Source of the DNA: an uncultured Dysgonomonas sp.
GTDB lineage: Bacteria; Bacteroidota; Bacteroidia; Bacteroidales; Dysgonomonadaceae
Direction: 5' to 3'
Assembly (NCBI GenBank): GCA_937995835.1
Contig: CALKIV010000002.1
Coordinates: 813-64,812, forward strand
DNA: 64,000 nt
Shown: in pieces, positions 55,885 through 64,000 of the stretch
How positions within the stretch are numbered: position 1 is the first letter of the stretch
How the letters are laid out: the number at the start of each line of letters is the position of its first letter
Made by a program: the position numbers and the translations under genes
The notes under the pieces: generated by a model
What the model saw: the letters and a program-made list of their open reading frames with translations, nothing else
Databases searched by the model: none
What the model was told of the DNA's origin: nothing

Positions 55885-57207
55885 ATGAATATCATTTCAG
55901 CCCAAAATAAAGAAATAGCACTTTGGTGCAAGCAATACGCTCTAGAGCAGGGTGCTGACGCTGTAAGAATCGTATTAGTTGCCAGTACAAACAATTCGTT
56001 TGAGTTCAGAAATGAGCAACTTGAAAACTTAGAAAGCAGTACCGAAAATGGTTTGAACATTGAACTCTTTGTAGACCAAAAGTATGGAAACTTCAGCTCC
56101 AACAGACTAGAAAAAGAAGAGCTTAAAACCTTTATTCAACAAGGGATAGCCTCTGTTAGATATCTTGCAAAAGACCAATATAGACAACTGCCATCACCCG
56201 AAAGATACTATACTGACAACATCGATTTAGAACTTGTGGATCAGCAATACTTCAACATACCTACAGATAAGAAACTGAATATTGCAAAAAAAGCCTCAGA
56301 GGAAATACTCAACAGCCATCCTGACATCATCTCCATTTCATCTTCGTATGCCGACTCCATTAGCAGTGTGTATATAGCTGACAGCAATGGTTTTGAGGCA
56401 CAAACAGACAAAACCACTTACAGCTTGATGGTCAGCGTATCTCTAAAAACCTCTAGCGATGCCCGTGCCGAAGATTTCTGGTACGATGTAGCTACACACT
56501 GGGATAAACTTCAAAAAGAAGGAATTGGCAAAAAGGCTCTTAGCAGAGCTTTGGAAAGGGTGGGACAAGGAAAAATAGCATCGGGGAAATATACCATGCT
56601 TTTAGACAATATGTCTGCTAGTAGATTACTTTCCCCTATCATTTCGGCAATGTCAGGAGGAGCCATTCAGCAAAGAAACTCTTTTTTGCTTGATAAATTG
56701 GATCAAAAAATATTTTCAGAAAAACTGACGATTGTTGACCGTCCTCACCAAAAGGGCAAAATAGGCTCTCGCCTTTACGATGGAGAGGGTGTGGCAACTA
56801 GCGAAAGAATTATTATAGACAAAGGACAACTGAAAACTTACTTTATTGACACCTACAATTCAGCTAAATTAGGAATGTCGCCAACCATCGCTTCTTCTAG
56901 TGGTTTGTGCTTACAACTAGGCAACAAGACTCACGAGCAATTGATAGAAGAAATAAATAAAGGAATCTGGGTCACTGGCTTCAATGGAGGTAATACAAAT
57001 TCTTCTACCGGTGATTTCTCATTCGGGGTAGAAGGCTTTCTGATTGAAGATGGCAAAGTAACAAAACCCATTAGCGAGATGAACATAACAGGGAATCTGC
57101 TAACTTTGTGGACTAAAATTGTAGAAATAGGAAACAACCCTCGAAAAAACATCTCCAGCCAGATACCATCTATTGTATTCGATGATGTTAGTTTCAGTGG
57201 TTTATAG
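55885..57207 (+). CDS. pmbA: PmbA/TldE family protein (TldD partner)
   Basis: 440 aa, TldD/PmbA fold without the HExxxH motif. It starts 3 nt after tldD. Confidence 0.8.
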   Translation: MNIISAQNKEIALWCKQYALEQGADAVRIVLVASTNNSFEFRNEQLENLESSTENGLNIELFVDQKYGNFSSNRLEKEELKTFIQQGIASVRYLAKDQYRQLPSPERYYTDNIDLELVDQQYFNIPTDKKLNIAKKASEEILNSHPDIISISSSYADSISSVYIADSNGFEAQTDKTTYSLMVSVSLKTSSDARAEDFWYDVATHWDKLQKEGIGKKALSRALERVGQGKIASGKYTMLLDNMSASRLLSPIISAMSGGAIQQRNSFLLDKLDQKIFSEKLTIVDRPHQKGKIGSRLYDGEGVATSERIIIDKGQLKTYFIDTYNSAKLGMSPTIASSSGLCLQLGNKTHEQLIEEINKGIWVTGFNGGNTNSSTGDFSFGVEGFLIEDGKVTKPISEMNITGNLLTLWTKIVEIGNNPRKNISSQIPSIVFDDVSFSGL

Positions 57208-57225
57208 TATACACAAAATATTTAC

Positions 57226-58662
57226 ATGAGATATTTACTCTGCCTAATTATCATTTTCGTCACGCTTCAAGTACAGGCACAAGAGCAACGACACCAGACA
57301 AGCCCCGCCACAGAAGTTCGTGCAGCATGGCTGACCACCAATTGGCGACTAGACTGGCCGAAGAGCCAAAGTGTAGAAGCTCAAAAGAACGAACTGAGAG
57401 AAATATTAGACGAATTGCAACGACTAAAATTTAATGTGATTCTTTTTCAGGCTCGTGCTCAAGGGAAAGTGTTCTATCGTTCGACACTCGAAAAACCTAG
57501 CCCTTATTTCAATAGTAGTAATGGTTTCGACCCTCTTGCCTTTGCCATAGCAGAATGTCACATAAGAGGGATGGAATGCCACGCTTGGATAACGACCTTC
57601 CCCGTAGAGAGCATCAGAAGATCGAAAAGAGGAGCTATCTTGGAAAAACATCCTAGCTTCTACAAACAAGACCGAGCTCATTGGTTTATGGATCCGGGAA
57701 GACCTGAAACAAAAAATCACTTGGTGCTTATTGCCAAAGAAATTACCACCAATTACGATGTGGATGGCATACATCTGGACTATATCAGATATCCTGACGA
57801 TGCTCGCAAATTTAGAGATCAAGACACTTACCAAAAGTATGGCAATGGCAAACCCAAAGATCAATGGCGACGAGACAACGTCACCAACATAGTTTATGCC
57901 ATCTATGATGCCGTTAAAGCAACTAAACCATGGGTACAGGTAAGCAGTGCCCCCATTGGAAAGTATAAACCACTTAACAACTACGACTGGACAGGCTACG
58001 AAACAGTACATCAAGATGCTAAACGGTGGATAGCAGAGGGCAAACACGATATCCTTTTTCCGATGCTATACTTCGAGGGTAATGACTTCTACCCCTATAT
58101 TGAAGAATGGAATAGAGAAAAAAATCGCCCCATCGTTCCCGGACTTGCCGTCTATAAGTTAGAAGAGAGTGAAAAAAACTGGTCACTGAGCCTCCTTGAA
58201 GATCAGCTACAGTTTATAAGAGAGAAACAAACTGACGGGCAAGCTTTCTTCAGAACGGAACAATTAGTCAAAAACAAGAAAGGGATAAAAAGCAGTATAG
58301 AACTATTTTACAAGCATCCAGCCAAACTACCACCCATGACATGGCTAAAAAACTCGCAACCACTCCAACCACAAAACCTAAGAGTAACTAAAGACGAGAA
58401 AGGCTATCTAAACATAGAATGGACAGCACCAAGCGACGATGAGCGCTATACGTATAATATTTACTGGGGAACGAAGGACGCTTTAGAGAGTGAAAATGCA
58501 AGTAAGCTGCTAGTTGCTAACCTACGCAAGAATAGCTACAGCTTTCCGGCAAATGTAGGGGAGTATGGCTTATATTATTTTGTTACAGCATCAGATCGAT
58601 ATCACATTGAAAGTGAATCTGCCGAATCAGTGTTTTTTGTACATAGTGCAGAGGTTCATTGA
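57226..58662 (+). CDS. Glycoside hydrolase-like family 10 (GHL10/DUF187) protein, secreted
   Basis: Signal peptide, then EVRAAWLTTNWRLDWP and DGIHLDYIRYP motifs typical of YngK-like GHL10, plus a C-terminal beta-sandwich-like tail. Confidence 0.55.
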   Translation: MRYLLCLIIIFVTLQVQAQEQRHQTSPATEVRAAWLTTNWRLDWPKSQSVEAQKNELREILDELQRLKFNVILFQARAQGKVFYRSTLEKPSPYFNSSNGFDPLAFAIAECHIRGMECHAWITTFPVESIRRSKRGAILEKHPSFYKQDRAHWFMDPGRPETKNHLVLIAKEITTNYDVDGIHLDYIRYPDDARKFRDQDTYQKYGNGKPKDQWRRDNVTNIVYAIYDAVKATKPWVQVSSAPIGKYKPLNNYDWTGYETVHQDAKRWIAEGKHDILFPMLYFEGNDFYPYIEEWNREKNRPIVPGLAVYKLEESEKNWSLSLLEDQLQFIREKQTDGQAFFRTEQLVKNKKGIKSSIELFYKHPAKLPPMTWLKNSQPLQPQNLRVTKDEKGYLNIEWTAPSDDERYTYNIYWGTKDALESENASKLLVANLRKNSYSFPANVGEYGLYYFVTASDRYHIESESAESVFFVHSAEVH

Positions 58663-59144
58663 TTTTTAATCAACTCCTCCCTCAACTCTGCAATACTCTT
58701 ATTGAATATGGGATGGACATAATCGCCTGCAAGTTCAGCTAGAGGATCTAGCACAAAAAGACGTTCATGCAAATGTGGATGTGGAAGCACTAACTCTTCC
58801 TCCTTCAAAATCAGATCATCGTAGAGTAGAATATCCAAGTCGATAATTCGGTCTGTATAAGATTGATTTACAGACTTCATCTCTCTACCCATATCCTTTT
58901 CAATCTGTTGAGTAACTGCCAATAAATCTAAAGGGGGGAGTTCTGTTAAAACGATGCAAGCTGCATTCACAAACTTATTCTCCGACTCAAACCCCACAGG
59001 CTCTGTAATATAAAAAGCGGAATAGGCTAACACTATGCCTACCCGCTCGTTAATATATTTCAAAGCTTGCAAAATATTTTCTTCTTTCTTTCCTAAATTT
59101 GTTCCTAAGGAAAGATAAACATCGTGCATCTTTTCTATTTGCAT
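58656..59144 (-). CDS. folK: 2-amino-4-hydroxy-6-hydroxymethyldihydropteridine diphosphokinase
   Basis: 162 aa with the HPPK motifs LSLGTNLG, DLDILLY and PHPHLHER. Confidence 0.85.
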   Translation of the reverse strand: MQIEKMHDVYLSLGTNLGKKEENILQALKYINERVGIVLAYSAFYITEPVGFESENKFVNAACIVLTELPPLDLLAVTQQIEKDMGREMKSVNQSYTDRIIDLDILLYDDLILKEEELVLPHPHLHERLFVLDPLAELAGDYVHPIFNKSIAELREELIKNQ

Positions 59145-59151
59145 AAGTCTT

Positions 59152-60201
59152 TTAGATGATCAACAGAGCATCTCCATAAGCTCCAAAACGATATTTCTCT
59201 TTTACTGCTACCTCATATGCATTCATCACCTCATCATATCCTCCAAAGGCTGCGGCCATCATCAAAAGAATTGATTTAGGAAGATTGAAGTTTGTAATCA
59301 TAGAATTGGCAATTTGAAAATCGTAAGGAGGGAAAATAAACTTATTAGTCCAACCGGCATATTCTTTCAATAGTCCGTCAGTGGGGATCAATGTTTCAAT
59401 ACCTCTCATCACAGAAGTACCAACGGCACACACTTGCTTTTTCTTCTCGATAGCCTTATTCACAATTTCGGTAGTTTCACGACCAATGATCAACTCCTCA
59501 GAGTCCATCTTGTGCTTAGTCAAGTCTTCCACATCAATTTCACGATAGTTACCCAATCCTGAATGCAATGTTACAAATGCTAAATCAACCCCCTTGATTT
59601 CGAAACGCTTCATCAGCTCTCTGCTAAAGTGCAGACCAGCAGCAGGAACGACTACAGCTCCTTCATTCTTTGCAAAAATGGTTTGATAACGCTCCTTATC
59701 TTCTTTCTCTTCTTTACGTCCAAAATATTTAGGGATAGGAGTCTCTCCTAGTTGATATAATTGTTTTTTAAACTCTTCCGAGTCTCCATCATAAAGAAAA
59801 CGTAGTGTACGTCCGCGAGAAGTTGTATTGTCAATGACCTCAGCAACCACAGACTCATCTTCTCCGAAATACAATTTATTGCCGATACGAATTTTTCGAG
59901 CCGGATCAACTAAAACATCCCACAAGTGAGTTTCAGCATTTAATTCACGTAGAAGAAAAACCTCAATGGTAGCTCCTGTTTTCTCTTTGCTTCCATAAAG
60001 TCTAGCTGGAAAAACTTTTGTATCGTTAAACACAAAGACATCTCCTTCGTCAAAATATTCAATAATATCCTTGAACACCTTGTGGTCTATCTTACCAGTT
60101 TTGCGATCTAAAACCATCATACGAGACTCATCTCTGAACTTAGCAGGATGAGATGCAATTAGGTCTTTTGGCAGATCAAATTTAAATTGTGAAAGCTTCA
60201 T
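59152..60201 (-). CDS. queA: tRNA preQ1(34) S-adenosylmethionine ribosyltransferase-isomerase
   Basis: 349 aa. N-terminus [26 protein letters not shown] and C-terminal [12 protein letters not shown]. Confidence 0.9.
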   Translation of the reverse strand: MKLSQFKFDLPKDLIASHPAKFRDESRMMVLDRKTGKIDHKVFKDIIEYFDEGDVFVFNDTKVFPARLYGSKEKTGATIEVFLLRELNAETHLWDVLVDPARKIRIGNKLYFGEDESVVAEVIDNTTSRGRTLRFLYDGDSEEFKKQLYQLGETPIPKYFGRKEEKEDKERYQTIFAKNEGAVVVPAAGLHFSRELMKRFEIKGVDLAFVTLHSGLGNYREIDVEDLTKHKMDSEELIIGRETTEIVNKAIEKKKQVCAVGTSVMRGIETLIPTDGLLKEYAGWTNKFIFPPYDFQIANSMITNFNLPKSILLMMAAAFGGYDEVMNAYEVAVKEKYRFGAYGDALLII

Positions 60202-60203
60202 AT

Positions 60204-60926
60204 TTATTCCTTATTATTTATTTCTTGTTTATTCATCACCGAATCAACAAATTCGGCGATCTGACTTCCATCCAAACATTGGTCTAAAGTCACTGTGCCT
60301 ATTCTTGTGCGATCCAAGGCTGTCAGATGTGCACCCACCCCTAAGGCTTCGCCAATATCTCTGGCTAGTGCTCTGATGTATGTACCCTTACTACATACCA
60401 CCCTGATTTTGATCTCCGGCAGGTTGCACGACAACAACTCTATTTCATCTATAACCAATAATTTGGCTTTTAGTTCAATATCTTCTTTGCCTGCTCTTGC
60501 CAAGTCATAGGCGCGCTTACCATCTACTTTTACAGCAGAATACACTGGCGGCACTTGCCAGATCTCGCCTACAAAGGTTTGCACCTTTTGTTCCACCATT
60601 TCTTTAGTCAGATGATCTATCGTCCACTCTTGGTCGATCTCGGTCTCCAAATCAAAAGAGGGCGTGGTTGCCCCCAACCTTATGGTTGCTATATATTCTT
60701 TATCTTGATACTGAAATTCTTCTATCAGCTTGGTCTTCTTCCCCGTACACAGAATCATCACCCCCGTTGCTAGTGGATCTAGCGTACCTGCATGTCCTAC
60801 TTTCAGTTTTTTCACCTTCAGGTGCTGACACAATTGGTAGCGCAGAGTTTTTACGAGTTTAAAAGATGTCCAGTGTAGAGGTTTATTAAAATATAATATT
60901 TCTCCGTCAATAAAATTCATCATCAA
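60204..60926 (-). CDS. truB: tRNA pseudouridine(55) synthase
   Basis: Catalytic motif [12 protein letters not shown]. 240 aa. Confidence 0.9.
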   Translation of the reverse strand: MMMNFIDGEILYFNKPLHWTSFKLVKTLRYQLCQHLKVKKLKVGHAGTLDPLATGVMILCTGKKTKLIEEFQYQDKEYIATIRLGATTPSFDLETEIDQEWTIDHLTKEMVEQKVQTFVGEIWQVPPVYSAVKVDGKRAYDLARAGKEDIELKAKLLVIDEIELLSCNLPEIKIRVVCSKGTYIRALARDIGEALGVGAHLTALDRTRIGTVTLDQCLDGSQIAEFVDSVMNKQEINNKE

Positions 60927-61747
60927 GATACTTCCAGGTGAACACCTACAGCTAGTAGGATCAAAATTAATATTCCTACAACGATTCTATACCATCCAAA
61001 CAGTTTGAAACCATATTTAGTAATAAAGCCGATAAAAAACTTGATGGCAGCCATAGCCACAACAAAGGCTACAATGTTACCAATCAAAAGCACGGCCATA
61101 TTATCCACTAGGACGCTAAAATCGAAATCAAAAAGTCCGGCATCGGGCACTTTTACCAATTTATATACTTTATAAGCTGTTGCTGCGGCCATTGTAGGTA
61201 CAGCCAGAAAGAATGAAAATTCGGCTGCATTTTTTCGTGTAAATTTTCGTGTCATCCCCCCAACGATCGTAGCCATGGAACGAGACACTCCCGGTATCAT
61301 TGCTATACATTGAAAGAGACCGATAATGAAGGCATTCTTATACGTCATTTTTTGCACTTCATCTTCTTTCACATCAGGATTATTGAACCATTTATCAACA
61401 AATAACATAACGATCCCCCCAAGGACTAGCATAACTGCTACTACATATACATTCTCTAAAAGATCATCAATATAATCACTTAGTAAGAAACCTAATACAG
61501 CAGCTGGAATAAACCCTGCCAATAGTTTCAAATAAAAGTCTACCGATTGAAAAAATCGTTTCCAATAAAGAACTATCACCGAAAGGATTGCTCCAAATTG
61601 TATGATAATAGTGAATGCTTTAACAAAATCGTCACTCTTAATTCCTAAAACACCCTGTGTGATAATCATATGTCCGGTAGAAGAAACAGGCAAAAACTCT
61701 GTCAACCCTTCTACAATAGCAATGATTATTGCTTCTAAAATACTCAT
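60923..61747 (-). CDS. uppP: Undecaprenyl-diphosphate phosphatase
   Basis: [15 protein letters not shown] and PGVSRS motifs. 274 aa, polytopic. Confidence 0.9.
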   Translation of the reverse strand: MSILEAIIIAIVEGLTEFLPVSSTGHMIITQGVLGIKSDDFVKAFTIIIQFGAILSVIVLYWKRFFQSVDFYLKLLAGFIPAAVLGFLLSDYIDDLLENVYVVAVMLVLGGIVMLFVDKWFNNPDVKEDEVQKMTYKNAFIIGLFQCIAMIPGVSRSMATIVGGMTRKFTRKNAAEFSFFLAVPTMAAATAYKVYKLVKVPDAGLFDFDFSVLVDNMAVLLIGNIVAFVVAMAAIKFFIGFITKYGFKLFGWYRIVVGILILILLAVGVHLEVS

Positions 61748-61777
61748 CTATCGCTTCTTATTTTTTGTAAATTTCTG

Positions 61778-62056
61778 TTAGTTCTTCTTTTGATCTGAGG
61801 CTAGTTCATCCTTTGCCCCTTTAGGTCGTGGAAATAAAATTCCTACAATCATCAAAAGGAAACCGAAGAAGCTAATCATTGGGGCCACTGTTATACGTCT
61901 AGTACTGAAGATATCTGGCTCAAAGCCGTGCTCTATTGTAGATGCAGGACCAGTCATTAACACAAACCCAAGGATAATAAGCACGATGGCAACTATACAT
62001 ATGATATAGTTTTTTTGTCCAAATGCGAAATTTATTTTTTCCATGTAATATTTCAA
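61778..62056 (-). CDS. Small membrane protein (DUF3098-like)
   Basis: 92 aa with 2 TM helices. It occupies the conserved Bacteroidetes position between ftsX and uppP, from recollection. Confidence 0.5.
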   Translation of the reverse strand: MKYYMEKINFAFGQKNYIICIVAIVLIILGFVLMTGPASTIEHGFEPDIFSTRRITVAPMISFFGFLLMIVGILFPRPKGAKDELASDQKKN

Positions 62057-62087
62057 GTAATTAAAAAACGTTCTCTTTTATATTCAA

Positions 62088-62966
62088 CTAAGCTCTGTAC
62101 AGCCTACTGGTGCTCATCTTCAGATACCTATTGACTGCGGACGTGGTAGCAAAGCCAGAAATAACAATACCACTTAGAAGCACAATACCATACACAATTA
62201 GCAATTCTTGTGTATTAAAAATCGTAATAGCTTCCGGAAATACTTCTGTCATGTAATACACTATACCGGTTATAGCCAAACTTGCCAATACTCCTGCAAA
62301 CACACCACTAAAAATCATCTTCCACACGAAAGGTTTCCTTATAAAAGAGTTTGTGGCACCCACCAGTTGCATCGTATTGATCAAAAATCGCTTAGAATAA
62401 ATATTTAGCTGAATAATGCTTCTTATCAGAGTAAAAGAAATAAAAACCAATATAACCGTCAGCAACAACAACACTGTTCCTATGACTGACAATTTTTCAT
62501 TCGCTTTGGTTATCGCATCTTCGCTGTAAGCTACATTTTGGATAACTGTTCCTCCTCGTAGGCTATCTTTAACTTTGATCATCCCTTCGGGAGTAACATA
62601 TTCTCCTTTCACATTGACCACAAAATAGCTAAGGGAAGGATCAAATCCCAAAACATCTTCAGGATCTAACCCCAAATTACCTACTAATTCTTTTTTTATT
62701 TCTTCTTTGCTTATATATACGACTGTTTTCAGATACTCATTGTTTTCCAACTTCTTTCGCATCTTCACAATCTCTGCTTCAGGAGTACTAGAGGCTAGTT
62801 CTATGGTAATACCCATATTTTCCTTCAACAAGTCAGCCAGACCTTTACTTGTTATCCCAACAAGGGCAGTAAGTCCTAGAAGGATCAACACTAGAGCAAT
62901 GCTCACAATAGTGATTGCTCCTGTTGTAAAAAAAGAAATAGAGTGACTTTGGTTCTTTTCTGACAT
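62088..62966 (-). CDS. ftsX: Cell division protein FtsX-like permease
   Basis: 292 aa. One N-terminal TM helix, a periplasmic loop and three C-terminal TM helices (FtsX topology). Confidence 0.75.
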   Translation of the reverse strand: MSEKNQSHSISFFTTGAITIVSIALVLILLGLTALVGITSKGLADLLKENMGITIELASSTPEAEIVKMRKKLENNEYLKTVVYISKEEIKKELVGNLGLDPEDVLGFDPSLSYFVVNVKGEYVTPEGMIKVKDSLRGGTVIQNVAYSEDAITKANEKLSVIGTVLLLLTVILVFISFTLIRSIIQLNIYSKRFLINTMQLVGATNSFIRKPFVWKMIFSGVFAGVLASLAITGIVYYMTEVFPEAITIFNTQELLIVYGIVLLSGIVISGFATTSAVNRYLKMSTSRLYRA

Positions 62967-63332
62967 CTTAAAATATATGTACTACAATTTTCAGCCCCCT
63001 GCGACACCATTAGGTATAGCAATCCTAAAATATCCTACAAAGAAACAAAATAAAAGGCAGTTATTAGATTATTTTGGTTTTTTTAATAGATTAATTTAGG
63101 ATTCACTTTCTTTTTGAAACTTATACACATCGAGGCATGGATAAACAATATCTTTACCCTACCTTTAACACTTAAATTAAGTAGAATAAATATTGATTAT
63201 CTTGTTTTTTAAGTATAACTTAACAGCAACCTTTTTACGGATACCTTGTTAAGTTTCTAATATTTTTCGAAACAGATAAAAAACCTCTTCAATAAAAATA
63301 TAATAATAACATACCTAAAACGCTTTTACATC

Positions 63333-64000
63333 ATGGAAAGAACAAAATCAGGATTATCTACAAAAGATTTCGAGGGATCGGTAGATGAAAAAGAGACCAG
63401 ATTGGCTGTACTAACCAATAGAAATGGCGCAGAAATGACTGTACTAAACTATGGAGCTAAAATAGTCTCACTCATGATTCCAGACAAAAATGGAAAACTA
63501 GTGGACGTGGTACTAGGACACAACAACCTAAAGGAGTACTTAAATTCGGAAGAACGCTACTTTGGAGCCGTATGTGGACGAACAGGAAACAGAATCGCCA
63601 ATGGAAAATTCTCGCTAGAGGGCAAAGAGTACAATCTGGCAATCAACAATGGACCTAACAACCTGCATGGAGGTATAAAAGGCTTTAACGCCGTGGTTTG
63701 GGACATGGAACAACTAGACAACCAAACCGTAAAACTAACCTATCTATCAAAGGATGGAGAAGAAGGATTTCCGGGCAACCTTCTTACCAAAATCACCTAC
63801 CGCCTGACAGACGACAATTCTTTCGAAATAGAATATAAAGCCGGATCTGACCAAACAACTATCATCAATTTAACAAATCACTCTTACTTTAATCTTTCAG
63901 GTGCTGGAGACCCTAGTGTTTACGATCACCTGCTGACTGTTCATGCTAAGACTTATCTGCCTACCGACGACACAGCAATCCCTTATGGAGACCCTGCGCC
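63333..64000 (+). CDS. galM: Aldose 1-epimerase (galactose mutarotase), partial; continues beyond the window end
   Basis: The ATG at 63333 gives MERTKSGLSTKDFEG...GRTGNRIANGKFSLEGKEYNLAINNGPNNLHGGIKGFN, typical mutarotase motifs. The frame stays open to the end of the window. Confidence 0.8.
   Translation, partial: MERTKSGLSTKDFEGSVDEKETRLAVLTNRNGAEMTVLNYGAKIVSLMIPDKNGKLVDVVLGHNNLKEYLNSEERYFGAVCGRTGNRIANGKFSLEGKEYNLAINNGPNNLHGGIKGFNAVVWDMEQLDNQTVKLTYLSKDGEEGFPGNLLTKITYRLTDDNSFEIEYKAGSDQTTIINLTNHSYFNLSGAGDPSVYDHLLTVHAKTYLPTDDTAIPYGDPA

Noticed and set aside
55626-56102. 158-aa minus-strand ORF across the tldD/pmbA junction
   Set aside because: It is antisense to well-supported genes and has a low-complexity Ser/Phe/Leu composition. 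I treat it as a shadow ORF.
57424-58047. 207-aa ORF on the minus strand
   Set aside because: It lies entirely antisense within the GHL10-like gene. It has a Cys/Phe/Val-rich composition with no motifs and no promoter or partner context, so I treat it as a shadow ORF.
58656-58662. 7-nt convergent overlap of the GHL10-like and folK stop regions
   Set aside because: This is simple tail-to-tail packing (TCATTGA holds both stop codons). Nothing suggests a functional consequence.
1-64000. CRISPR arrays, transposases or IS elements, prophage genes, toxin-antitoxin or defence systems
   Set aside because: I saw no regularly spaced direct repeats, no transposase or integrase-like ORFs, and no nuclease or helicase defence-type genes in any frame. 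By eye the composition looks uniform across the window.

Overview
This is a 64-kb chromosomal segment that looks like a low-GC Bacteroidota (Bacteroidales-type) genome. Many genes are preceded by the Bacteroidetes -7 promoter motif TAnnTTTG, and the lipid, hmu-like and nrf/hcp gene content is typical of the phylum. I saw no transposase, integrase, phage gene or CRISPR array. Left to right, the contents are as follows. (1) A partial NitT/TauT-type ABC importer. (2) A nitrite and nitrosative-stress island: nrfH, nrfA, an embedded porin, ccsB and ccsA, a Nim-like PNPOx protein, then ric and hcp on the minus strand and a divergent Crp/Fnr regulator (hcpR-like) with a perfect-armed palindrome between them. 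(3) The most unusual locus: two tandem cobalamin riboswitches ahead of a TonB-dependent receptor, an exported CbiK chelatase, a 1306-aa CobN-family protein with a TM helix at each end, and three genes resembling hmuT, hmuU and hmuV (a 6-TM protein, a MotA/ExbB-like channel and a DUF2149-like protein). No AAA+ chelatase partner and no btuFCD are present in the window. (4) tRNA-Lys(CTT), an alkyltransferase-like protein that lacks the active-site Cys, an MFS transporter and housekeeping genes (nfo, panE, an orphan double ABC ATPase, ybaK). (5) A four-subunit 2-oxoacid:ferredoxin oxidoreductase. (6) A glycine-lipid acyltransferase pair, then maf and pdxK. (7) GH28, fucP, fucI and an AraC regulator. 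(8) An inositol-lipid-type cluster: MIPS, HAD, a CDP-alcohol phosphatidyltransferase, a small membrane protein, an ATP-grasp protein and a nucleotidyltransferase. (9) A housekeeping run: pdxA, rlmN, pgi, gpsA, lysS, a MATE-tldD-pmbA unit, a GHL10-like protein, folK, queA, truB, uppP, ftsX and a partial galM. All calls come from reading the translations and the DNA by eye. No database search was run.
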